NCBI GenBank assembly: GCA_964605595.1
Contig: CAZSDN010000004.1
Location: 7,094-59,748 of the forward strand
Length of the DNA: 52,655 nt
Direction of reading: 5' to 3'
From: an uncultured Flavobacterium sp.
GTDB taxonomy: Bacteria; Bacteroidota; Bacteroidia; Flavobacteriales; Flavobacteriaceae
Shown here: positions 29,131-41,054 of the stretch, piece by piece
Numbering within the stretch: position 1 is the first letter of the stretch
Layout of the letters: each line of letters begins with the position of its first letter
Translations under genes and position numbers: made by a program
The notes under the pieces: generated by a model
The model's input: only the letters and a program-made list of their open reading frames with translations
Told to the model about the DNA's origin: nothing
Database searches by the model: none

Positions 29131-29138
29131 TATATTTG
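29131..29138 (+). promoter_or_regulatory. -7 promoter box for the TPR/beta-barrel operon
   Basis: TATATTTG 21 nt upstream of ATG 29160. Confidence 0.55.
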
Positions 29139-29159
29139 AATTTTTAAAAACCAACTGAA

Positions 29160-32100
29160 ATGCACAAACATTCCTGGCTATTCGTGTCACTGTTGTCTGC
29201 CGGAGCAGCCACAACAGTATCGGCCCAAACTACTGCGATTTATACGCATGACCTCAAAGAATACAACCGCGCTGTCGAACTTTATAAAGACAAGCAATAC
29301 CAGTCGGCTCAGATTATTTTCGAAAAAGTAAAGGAAACCAACGTAAACCAGGATATTAAAGGCGATTGTGCTTATTATATTGCCATTTGTGCCATTCGGT
29401 TAAACCAGGCTGGCGCCGATAAAAGAGTTGAGGATTTTGTTTCCGATTATCCCACAAATTCAAAACAAAACCAAGCCTATACTGAAGTTGCCTATTATTA
29501 TTTTGAGCAGGGCGATTATCCATTGGCGCTTGAATGGTTTGATAAAGTTGACGAAGCCGGTTTGAGCAGCGACGACATGGACAAATTCAACTTCCAGAAA
29601 GGATACAGTTTTTATGTGGCAAAAAACAAAAAAGAAGCGACAAAATACCTGAACCAAGTAGCAAATTCTAAAGCTTATAGTACGCAGGCAAAATATTATC
29701 TGGGAACGATGGCTTATGAATCTGATGATTACAAGGAAGCCAGCAAACAGTTTGAGCAAATTTCCGGAGATGAGAAATACAAGGAAAAAATGTCCTATTT
29801 CCAGGCCGATATGAATTTCAAGCAAGGCAATTTTGAGAAAGCCATTGAAGAAGGCAAGCGTGCCATGGCAAAGTCGACGGCGATAGAGAAATCCGAACTC
29901 AATAAAATCATCGGGGAGAGCTATTTTAACCTGAAGCAGTATGATGCCGCGATTCCGTACCTGAAAGAATACAAAGGCAAAAAGGGCAAATGGAGCAATA
30001 CAGATTATTATCTTTTGGGATATGCCTATTATCAGCAAAAAGATTATGAAAACGCGATTTCACAATTCAACAAAATAATTGACGGAAAAGATTCGGTAGC
30101 ACAAAACGCCTATTATCATTTAGGCGAAAGTTATCTAAAAACCGATAAGAAACAACAGGCATTAAATGCTTTCAAGAATGCTTCTGAAATGAATTTTGAC
30201 CTCAAGATCCAGGAAGACGCATTTCTGAATTATGCTAAAATCAGTTATGAAATCGGAAATTCCTATCAAACCATTCCGGATGTATTGTCGGCATTTCTTG
30301 AAAAATATCCGAATAATCCCAACAAGCCTGAAATTGAAACGTTATTGATCAATTCCTTTATTACGTCTAAAAACTACAAAGGAGCTTTGGTGCTATTGGA
30401 AAAAAATAAAAACTTTTCTAACAAGCAAGCCTATCAGAAAGTGGCTTTTTACAGAGGTTTGGAATTATACACCGATGGCGATTATAAAGCCGCGCTTGAA
30501 ATGTTCAAAAAATCGATTGCCGAGCCACGAGACGCAAAATTCAACGCGCGCGCCACGTTCTGGAAAGCTGATACTGAATATGTCCTTGACAGTTTCAACG
30601 AGTCGCTTATTAGTTTTAAGCAGTTCGCCGATATGGCTGAAGCCAAAAATACACCCGAATACAAAAACCTGAATTATAACCTTGCGTATGCTTATTTTAA
30701 ATTGAAGGAATACGAAAAAGCCGCAACTTATTTCCAATCGTTCGTTAGTTCAGGAAAAGCCGATAATGTTCGCCTCAATGACGCTTATCTTCGTTTGGGC
30801 GACAGCCATTTTGTGAGTGCCAAATACTGGCCGGCAATGGAAGCTTACAATAAGGCAATGGAATTAAAAGGCGTCGATGCCGATTATGCGGCATTTCAAA
30901 AAGCCATTAGTTACGGTTTTGTCGCACGTAACGAAAAGAAAATCGAAGATCTGAATAAATTTGTACAGAATTTCCCAAAATCACAATACCGCGATGATGC
31001 GCTTTTCGAACTCGGAAATACCTATGTAACCGAAAAGAAAACCGATAACGCCATCCAGACCTATGATAAATTGATAGCAGAATATAAAACCGGAACCTAT
31101 GCGTCTAAAGCGATGCTCCGTCAGGGATTGGTGTATTACAACAGCGGCAAGGACCAGCAGGCAATCGCCAAATTCAAGAAAGTAGCGGCGGAATATCCCA
31201 ATACGTCCGAAGCCATGGAAGCCGTTTCTACCGCACGTTTAATTTATGTCGATAACGGAAATGTAGACGAATATGCCACTTGGGTAAAAACGCTCGATTA
31301 TATTCAGGTTTCTGATTCTGAACTGGATAATGATTCCTATGAAGCCGCCGAAAAGCAATACATGCAAAACAACACCAAACAGGCAATCTCAGGATTCAGC
31401 GGCTATTTGGCTAAATTTCCGAACGGAATCCATTCGCTGAAAGCAAATTTCTATTTGGCTCAGATGTATTTTGCAGACGGACTGGAAAGCAATGCCGCGA
31501 CCAACTATGAATATGTGATTTCAAAATCGAGAAGCGAATTTACCGAACAGTCTTTAGCCCGTTTGTCACAGATTTATGTAAAAGCGAAAGATTATGAAAA
31601 AGCGATTCCGGTATTGAAACGCCTCGAAGCCGAAGCCGATTTTCCGCAAAACGTGACTTTTGCACAGGCAAACCTCATGAAATGCTATTATGAGAAAGAA
31701 GATTATCCGAATGCGGTAACATCGGCCGATAAAGTTCTGGCAAATCCGAAAATGGACGATAAGGTGCGAAGCGACGCTCAGATTATAGTTGCACGCTCGG
31801 CAATAAAAGCAAACGATGAAGCAAAAGCAAGGACGGCTTATGCAAAATTGCTCACAATCGCCAAAGGTGAAGTTGCCGCTGAAGCATTATATTATGATGT
31901 GTATTTTAAGAATAAAGACAGAAAATTTGAAGCGTCAAATGCCGCTGTTCAAAAGTTGACCAAGGATTATTCGGGTTACCGTTATTTTGGGGCGAAAGGA
32001 CTCGTAATCATGGCGAAGAATTTTTATGGGCTCAAAGATGGTTTCAACGCGACATATATTCTGGATAGCGTGATCAAGAATTTCTCGGATTATCCGGATG

Positions 32101-32177
32101 TTATCGAAGAAGCAAAAGCTGAATTAAATTTGATTAAAGCCGAAGAATCCAAAACAAATTCTTCTGTTCAACACTAA
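29160..32177 (+). CDS. Large periplasmic tetratricopeptide repeat protein
   Basis: Signal peptide (..TTVSA-Q) and TPR-like repeats (AYYHLGESY, ALFELGNTY, AYLRLGDSHF) along almost all 1005 aa. Confidence 0.92.
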   Translation: MHKHSWLFVSLLSAGAATTVSAQTTAIYTHDLKEYNRAVELYKDKQYQSAQIIFEKVKETNVNQDIKGDCAYYIAICAIRLNQAGADKRVEDFVSDYPTNSKQNQAYTEVAYYYFEQGDYPLALEWFDKVDEAGLSSDDMDKFNFQKGYSFYVAKNKKEATKYLNQVANSKAYSTQAKYYLGTMAYESDDYKEASKQFEQISGDEKYKEKMSYFQADMNFKQGNFEKAIEEGKRAMAKSTAIEKSELNKIIGESYFNLKQYDAAIPYLKEYKGKKGKWSNTDYYLLGYAYYQQKDYENAISQFNKIIDGKDSVAQNAYYHLGESYLKTDKKQQALNAFKNASEMNFDLKIQEDAFLNYAKISYEIGNSYQTIPDVLSAFLEKYPNNPNKPEIETLLINSFITSKNYKGALVLLEKNKNFSNKQAYQKVAFYRGLELYTDGDYKAALEMFKKSIAEPRDAKFNARATFWKADTEYVLDSFNESLISFKQFADMAEAKNTPEYKNLNYNLAYAYFKLKEYEKAATYFQSFVSSGKADNVRLNDAYLRLGDSHFVSAKYWPAMEAYNKAMELKGVDADYAAFQKAISYGFVARNEKKIEDLNKFVQNFPKSQYRDDALFELGNTYVTEKKTDNAIQTYDKLIAEYKTGTYASKAMLRQGLVYYNSGKDQQAIAKFKKVAAEYPNTSEAMEAVSTARLIYVDNGNVDEYATWVKTLDYIQVSDSELDNDSYEAAEKQYMQNNTKQAISGFSGYLAKFPNGIHSLKANFYLAQMYFADGLESNAATNYEYVISKSRSEFTEQSLARLSQIYVKAKDYEKAIPVLKRLEAEADFPQNVTFAQANLMKCYYEKEDYPNAVTSADKVLANPKMDDKVRSDAQIIVARSAIKANDEAKARTAYAKLLTIAKGEVAAEALYYDVYFKNKDRKFEASNAAVQKLTKDYSGYRYFGAKGLVIMAKNFYGLKDGFNATYILDSVIKNFSDYPDVIEEAKAELNLIKAEESKTNSSVQH

Positions 32178-32201
32178 AATATACACCTTCAACTGATAGT
32201 T

Positions 32202-33941
32202 ATGACAATCAAATTCCAATATAAAATAGCGTTTTTTGTACTCTTATCCGGATTGCAAACCGCATATTCACAAAAAAAAGACGAAAACATAGGAACCGAA
32301 GTTGTAAACGTTGTAAAGCCATACACGCCAACTGTTTCGGATGCTTTTAAAGTGCGCGAAACTCCGGTTCTTGACGATGAGGAAACGTTAAAAAAGGAAG
32401 AAATCAATTACAATATCTTCTCGTTTCCGGTCGCATCCACATTTATGCCGTCAAAAGGTAAGGCCGCTGCGGTCGATAAGACAGAGCAAGAGCGTTTATT
32501 TAAGAATTACCTGACACTCGGAATCGGGAATTATGCCAATGCAAATGCCGAATTGTTCATTACCGAAAATATCGATGATAATAGTTATGTAGGCGGAATG
32601 CTGCGCCATTTTTCTTCTCAGGGCGGAATTAAAGGCCTTATGCTCGATGATAAGTTTATGGATACATCACTCGACCTTACGTATGGTTACAAGCAACAAT
32701 CGTTTTCATGGACAGCCGATATGGGTTACCAACACCAGGTTTACAATTGGTATGGCGTAAACACGGAATATTTTGGCGCGCCCGATCCTGCTCTTTACAA
32801 TGGTGTCGACCCGCAACATACTTTCCATAATTTTTACCTTGGCTCAAGGCTTACATTCAATGACAGTTTTTTTAAGGAAGCAAGCATAAAATACAACCGT
32901 TTCTGGGATGCGGCAGGTTCAGGTGAGAACCGCTTTTATGTAAAGCCGTCGTTTGATTTCGAATTCAACGACACAAAGATAAAAACCAGTTTTATTGTTG
33001 ATTATATTGGCGGAAATTTCAAGCAGGATTATTTTGGATTTGATAAAATCAATTACGGTTTCGCAAATATAGGCGTAAGCCCGAGTTATATTATAAACCG
33101 TGATGCATGGACGATTAATTTAGGTGCCGCGGCTTATTACAGCTCTGATCTGGAAAACAGCGAAAGCAAGTTTTTCATTTATCCGCAAATAAGTGCTTCA
33201 TTGAAAGTAGTCGGCGATTTGATGATTTTCTACACCGGAATTGACGGAAGCCTTCAACAGAATTCCTATCGTGATTTTACAAATGAAAACCCGTTTCTTT
33301 CACCAACTTTAGGAATTGCCCCAACCGACAGGCAATATGATATTTTTGCGGGATTGAAAGGAAAGCTCGCAAGCAATGTCAGCTATACAATTCGCGGTTC
33401 TTACACAAGCGAAAAAGGAAAGGCTTTATTCGTTAGAAACCCATATCCTGTTGCGGGTTCGTTTACAAACTTGTCTGACCTGGAAGGCTATCAGCTCGGA
33501 AATTCGTTTATGATTGCATACGATGATGTAAAAACCATTGGCTTCTTTGGTGAAATAAAAGCCGACTTTTCCAAAAATGTAACGTTTGGCATCAATGGTA
33601 GCTTCAATAGTTATTCGACCGACAAATTACCAGAAGCCTGGAACCTGCCTTCTTTCAAAACCGGAATGAACCTACATGTAAATATTACCGATAAAATATA
33701 TGCGGGAACCGATTTGTTCTACGTAGGCCAAAGGGAAGACGTAAATTATATTGCGACAACAACAATGACAATCGACGGTTACTTTGATGCTAACGCTAAT
33801 GTAGGTTACCGCTATAATGACAGGTTTACTGCTTTTCTAAGGTTAAACAATATTGCGAACCAGGCGTATCAAAAATGGTCGTTTTATCCGGTGCAGCAGT
33901 TCCAGGTGCTTGTTGGAGCCAATTATAAATTTGATTTCTAA
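32202..33941 (+). CDS. Outer-membrane beta-barrel, TonB-dependent-receptor-like (short N-terminus)
   Basis: Signal peptide, EVVNVVKPYTPTVSDAFK, amphipathic beta strands, YFDANANVGY...LRLNNI, terminal GANYKFDF. Confidence 0.85.
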   Translation: MTIKFQYKIAFFVLLSGLQTAYSQKKDENIGTEVVNVVKPYTPTVSDAFKVRETPVLDDEETLKKEEINYNIFSFPVASTFMPSKGKAAAVDKTEQERLFKNYLTLGIGNYANANAELFITENIDDNSYVGGMLRHFSSQGGIKGLMLDDKFMDTSLDLTYGYKQQSFSWTADMGYQHQVYNWYGVNTEYFGAPDPALYNGVDPQHTFHNFYLGSRLTFNDSFFKEASIKYNRFWDAAGSGENRFYVKPSFDFEFNDTKIKTSFIVDYIGGNFKQDYFGFDKINYGFANIGVSPSYIINRDAWTINLGAAAYYSSDLENSESKFFIYPQISASLKVVGDLMIFYTGIDGSLQQNSYRDFTNENPFLSPTLGIAPTDRQYDIFAGLKGKLASNVSYTIRGSYTSEKGKALFVRNPYPVAGSFTNLSDLEGYQLGNSFMIAYDDVKTIGFFGEIKADFSKNVTFGINGSFNSYSTDKLPEAWNLPSFKTGMNLHVNITDKIYAGTDLFYVGQREDVNYIATTTMTIDGYFDANANVGYRYNDRFTAFLRLNNIANQAYQKWSFYPVQQFQVLVGANYKFDF

Positions 33942-33958
33942 AAATAATTTCCATATTT

Positions 33959-33990
33959 TCCTGCAGGATTTGCTTTCTGCAGGATTTTTT
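33959..33990 (+). terminator. Intrinsic terminator after the beta-barrel gene
   Basis: TCCTGCAGGA-TTTGCT-TTCTGCAGGA: 10-bp stem (one G-U) followed by TTTTTT. Confidence 0.75.
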
Positions 33991-33993
33991 ATC

Positions 33994-34443
33994 ATGACTT
34001 TTAAGCAAAAAATCCATAGATATTACCAACAACAGGTTCAGGATAAGATTGATGTTTTCAGGGACATGATTTCGGCTTTGACCGAAGATTCCAAAAACGA
34101 TGCAAAAGGTTCGGCCGGCGACAAGCACGAAACGGCTTTGTCAATGATGCATATCGAACAGGAAAAGCTCAATTATAAACTGCGTGAAATTCTGGAACAG
34201 AAAGCGGTCCTGGATAAAATTGATAGTTCGGCTGTTTCAACAAGAATCGTTTTGGGAAGCTTGGTAAAGGCTAATGGGATTCTGCTTTACATCTGTACAG
34301 CTTTACCCAAAATTGCAATTGAATCGCAAAATGTTATAGCGGTTTCGCCACAATCGCCACTTGGTTCGAAATTAATGGGAAATGAAGTCGGATTTTCGTT
34401 CGAAATTAATACTACAAAATACAATATTGAGTCGGTTTTATAG
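33994..34443 (+). CDS. GreA/GreB-like protein (coiled coil plus Gre C-terminal domain)
   Basis: Helical N-terminus with KGSAGDKHET at the predicted tip; C-terminal IVLGSLV...VSPQSPLGSKLMG..VG matches the Gre C-terminal pattern. The track extension to 33853 overlaps the upstream gene and terminator, so ATG 33994 is preferred. Confidence 0.7.
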   Translation: MTFKQKIHRYYQQQVQDKIDVFRDMISALTEDSKNDAKGSAGDKHETALSMMHIEQEKLNYKLREILEQKAVLDKIDSSAVSTRIVLGSLVKANGILLYICTALPKIAIESQNVIAVSPQSPLGSKLMGNEVGFSFEINTTKYNIESVL

Positions 34444-34465
34444 TTTAAAATAAAAATATAAACTT

Positions 34466-36046
34466 ATGAAAACCAAACTATTACTTATTTTTTTTTTCTT
34501 CTTCGGATTGTTGTCTTATGGGCAATATTCCGAATTTAAAGTTTACGACAACGGACTCATCTATTCTGAAAATGCAGTTGCGAAATTAAAATATATCGTT
34601 GATTCGCTAAATCTGAAGTTTAAGGTTTGTGATCTTTCCCAAAAGTTTTATGCCGTTGAACAATCAAAAGCGCATTATTTCAATCTTGAAAAAAAAGATG
34701 CTGCCAAGGCAAAAGAAGATATTCTTAAAAACATTTCCTATGCTGATTTTCGCAAGAAATATCCGAAAGCAAAAGTGAACGAAAATCTGCTTGTTACAAA
34801 GTCTGAATTTACAGATTATAATGACGAAAAAATCACCGAATACAATAACATTGGCTTAAAGCGAGGCGATGAAAATAGCATTTCTTTTGATGCAACGAAA
34901 AAAGAGGACTTCATCCACGGAAAGTGGGTTTTTATTTATTCCGAAAAAACGGATTATTTCCCGGAAGAAATTAATGGTTATTACATTTGTGATGATTTCC
35001 AAAAGAAAGCGCTTCCGCAAAAATACGGCAAGCTGATCCAATATTCGGATTGTTTGGTTGATACAACGGCTCAGGTTTTTCGCGAAAGCGCAATTCGCTC
35101 GGGTGTTCGTTATTATGATACGATTCCTTCCAAATCACATTTGTTCACCCGTTATATTGACAATGTTTTGAAGCGTCCGGATTTTGATCACAAAAGTTTT
35201 GATACATTCATCGGAATGGATACTATCGATTTTGAGAAACCATTTAAAAAACTCACCAAAAAGAAACGTTTAGAAAGAGCTAAAAAGCTGGAATTAGTAG
35301 AAATTCGTTACCGTATTTTTAAGGCAGAACTTGATAAATGGAATTTTCAGAAAAGCCAACGGATTGATTCATTAAAACAGTACGATCCACAATTTATGAA
35401 AATGTTTTCCGAAGCTTTTGAGGAAGCCAAAACCGATTATAAATCGGATGATGAATTTGAAACGTATGTCGGTCAGTTTGTTTCCAAAGAAGCCGAACTT
35501 GAACTCAAACGGAATAGGAGAGTTATTGGCGGTTGCAGCATGGATATGATGCCGAGGATTCATGCGCAGAATATCGCATTGCTTTCAGCAGAAACAACAA
35601 AATGGGAAATTTTCCTGCGTTCGCACCTCGATATTATGAACGACAGATTTGAACGTGTCAGCGATGGAAGTTATGCTTTACAAGGACGCCAAACATACAT
35701 AAAAGAACTCGAAGAGTTAAATATCAATGTCATAGATTTACTTTTGGGTGTTTCTCTTAGGTTTCAGGACGCGCCTAAAAATCATTATTTTGGAAGTATT
35801 AATCGAATTGGAAGAGCTATTTCTGAAAGTAAAGACAGGGAAGACTTTGAAAGTGCTATTATAACTATGATCGCTGATGATGAATTGGATGATTATAACA
35901 GGATTCTGATGTATTTCCTGATGGACAATTACGCTTATAATCTTAAAGATAATAAGGAAAAACAGCAGGCTATAGCCAAATTGAATGATGTTGTGGAGAA
36001 ACTTCCTAAACATATTTCGAGTAAAATCGAGATTAAAAAGATATAG
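34466..36046 (+). CDS. Secreted hypothetical protein
   Basis: Signal peptide MKTKLLLIFFFFFGLLSYG-Q; conserved-looking C-terminal block RRVIGGCSMD...WEIFLRSHLDIMNDRFERVSDGSYA. Confidence 0.8.
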   Translation: MKTKLLLIFFFFFGLLSYGQYSEFKVYDNGLIYSENAVAKLKYIVDSLNLKFKVCDLSQKFYAVEQSKAHYFNLEKKDAAKAKEDILKNISYADFRKKYPKAKVNENLLVTKSEFTDYNDEKITEYNNIGLKRGDENSISFDATKKEDFIHGKWVFIYSEKTDYFPEEINGYYICDDFQKKALPQKYGKLIQYSDCLVDTTAQVFRESAIRSGVRYYDTIPSKSHLFTRYIDNVLKRPDFDHKSFDTFIGMDTIDFEKPFKKLTKKKRLERAKKLELVEIRYRIFKAELDKWNFQKSQRIDSLKQYDPQFMKMFSEAFEEAKTDYKSDDEFETYVGQFVSKEAELELKRNRRVIGGCSMDMMPRIHAQNIALLSAETTKWEIFLRSHLDIMNDRFERVSDGSYALQGRQTYIKELEELNINVIDLLLGVSLRFQDAPKNHYFGSINRIGRAISESKDREDFESAIITMIADDELDDYNRILMYFLMDNYAYNLKDNKEKQQAIAKLNDVVEKLPKHISSKIEIKKI

Positions 36047-36231
36047 AGAAAAGTGTCGGTTTTTAAGATTTGAAACCTAAGCGGTGTTTTTTAATTGTAA
36101 TGCTTTACTATTTTCTGAAATAGTTGGTTTTATGTTTTAATTTGTAATTGAAATTGTAGTTTTGTTTTTGTAATTGAAAGTAATAATTCAAATTTGCCGT
36201 AACGAAAACAATAAAAAATACAATTTTAGTT

Positions 36232-37848
36232 ATGTGCGGAATATTAGCCATTATAGGAAAAGGAAAAGATGAACAACTGGTAAAAACACTTTCAAAAAGA
36301 ATGTCGCACCGCGGCCCGGATGAAAGCGATTTACACATTACAGAAAATGGGCATATTCTTAGCCACGAACGTTTATCGATCATCGATTTGCATTCAGGCC
36401 GCCAGCCAATCAAAGGAACTTCAACCGCATATATGGTTCACAATGGCGAAATCTACAACCATCAGGAATTGCGCGAAGGAATTTTAAAACACCACACTTT
36501 TCGTACAAAATCAGATTCAGAAGTAATTGTTCATTTGTATGAGGAATTCGGATATGATTTCCTTGATAAGCTTGACGGCGATTTTGCATTTGTGGTAATT
36601 GACGGTGATGATTTCATTGCCGGCCGTGATCCGCTTGGCGTAAAGCCTTTATATTATGGTTTGGATGAAAGAGGCCGGATTTACTTCGCTTCCGAAATGA
36701 AACCGATAGCCGACCAGTGTAAAACGTTTTCTACTTTTCCCCCGGGACATTATTACACGCCAAAAGATGGATTCGTAAAATATTATCGTCCGGGATATGA
36801 AGATTTCCGCAAAGCAGATGCGCCACTCGATTTGTCTTTGATAAGAGAAACCTTAACCGAAGCAACCCGAAAAAGATTAATGAGCGATGTACCGATTGGC
36901 GTTTTGCTTTCAGGCGGATTGGATTCGTCACTGACTTCTTCGATCGCGGCAAGATTATTAAAAGAAAAAGGCAAAAAATTGCATTCATTCTCAATCGGTC
37001 TTGACGCTGATGCGCCAGATGCAAAAGCCGCCCGCAAAGTAGCTGAATTCCTTGGGACAGAACATCACGAAATTTATTTTACAATAGAACAGGGAATCGA
37101 AATCCTTGACAAGCTGATATGGCATCTTGAAACCTATGATGTAACTTCAGTAAGAGCAAGCACGCCAATGTATTTTCTTTCAAAAGCAATTACCGATATG
37201 GGAATCAAAGTGGTGCTTTCAGGCGAAGGAGCAGATGAAATTTTCGGAGGATATTTATACTTCAGGAATGCTCCATCTACCGAAGATTTCCAGAAAGAAA
37301 CCATCGAAAGGGTACAGAAATTATTTACGGCCGATTTGCTTCGCGCGGATAAATCAACAATGGCACACGGATTAGAAGCACGAGTTCCTTTCCTGGATAA
37401 GAAATTCCTTGATGTGGCAATGATTGTCAAATCGGAAGAAAAACAGCCAAAAACCTATGATGGCGTTGAGAAATATATATTGCGAAAAGCATTCGATACA
37501 CCGGATCAGCCCTATCTTCCGCAGGAAGTTTTGTGGAGGCAGAAAGAGCAGTTTTCTGACGGCGTCGGCTACAACTGGATCGATCAGTTAATTGAATATT
37601 GTTCGTCAAAAATTACCGACGAGCAGCTTGAGTTGGCCGAATCACGTTTTCCATACAATACGCCAGTAACCAAGGAAGCATATTTTTACAGGGATATTTT
37701 CCATAAATATTATCCGCAGTTGAGTGCTGCGCAAACTGTGAGGAAATGGATCCCGAAATGGCAGGAAAACCAGGATCCGAGCGGCCGGGCAAATGCGGCT
37801 CACGTAAAGGCCGATACCGGAATAGCAAAAGCTAATGTTCCAGTTTAG
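36232..37848 (+). CDS. asnB: Asparagine synthetase B (glutamine-hydrolysing)
   Basis: MCGI, HRGPD, HERLSIID, NGEIYNH, LLSGGLDSS, SGEGADE, EARVPFLD, WRQKEQFSDGVG. Confidence 0.98.
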   Translation: MCGILAIIGKGKDEQLVKTLSKRMSHRGPDESDLHITENGHILSHERLSIIDLHSGRQPIKGTSTAYMVHNGEIYNHQELREGILKHHTFRTKSDSEVIVHLYEEFGYDFLDKLDGDFAFVVIDGDDFIAGRDPLGVKPLYYGLDERGRIYFASEMKPIADQCKTFSTFPPGHYYTPKDGFVKYYRPGYEDFRKADAPLDLSLIRETLTEATRKRLMSDVPIGVLLSGGLDSSLTSSIAARLLKEKGKKLHSFSIGLDADAPDAKAARKVAEFLGTEHHEIYFTIEQGIEILDKLIWHLETYDVTSVRASTPMYFLSKAITDMGIKVVLSGEGADEIFGGYLYFRNAPSTEDFQKETIERVQKLFTADLLRADKSTMAHGLEARVPFLDKKFLDVAMIVKSEEKQPKTYDGVEKYILRKAFDTPDQPYLPQEVLWRQKEQFSDGVGYNWIDQLIEYCSSKITDEQLELAESRFPYNTPVTKEAYFYRDIFHKYYPQLSAAQTVRKWIPKWQENQDPSGRANAAHVKADTGIAKANVPV

Positions 37849-37882
37849 AATTAGTGTAGTTATATAGTTTGTTTGTATTTTT

Positions 37883-37909
37883 AAGCGTTGAAGTTTTCAG
37901 CGCTTTTTT
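37883..37909 (+). terminator. Intrinsic terminator after asnB
   Basis: AAGCGTTGAA-GTT-TTCAGCGCTT followed by a T tract. Confidence 0.7.
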
Positions 37910-38042
37910 ATGGAATTAACTTTCGTTACTTGCAAATTAATGTGTTTCCAATTTCGGAATATATTATAGCTTTAATCAACAAAATGTTAATAACTTCCAC
38001 CTTGAAACAAGCCTTTTTAAGCGATAACTTGTGCCGTTTGCA

Positions 38043-38050
38043 TATATTTG
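38043..38050 (+). promoter_or_regulatory. -7 promoter box of gyrB
   Basis: TATATTTG 36 nt upstream of ATG 38087, followed by an A-rich leader. Confidence 0.6.
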
Positions 38051-38062
38051 TTCGTTAAATAA

Positions 38063-41030
<2,968 letters not shown>

Positions 41031-41054
41031 ATCAAAATACTTAATACATATATC

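Noticed and set aside
33853..33993. N-terminal extension of the GreA-like ORF in the track
   Set aside because: It overlaps the beta-barrel gene and runs through the terminator; the recognisable domain starts at ATG 33994.
36108..36413. 101-aa minus-strand ORF over the asnB start and promoter
   Set aside because: Mostly antisense to asnB; its tail is just the translation of the AT-rich repeats.
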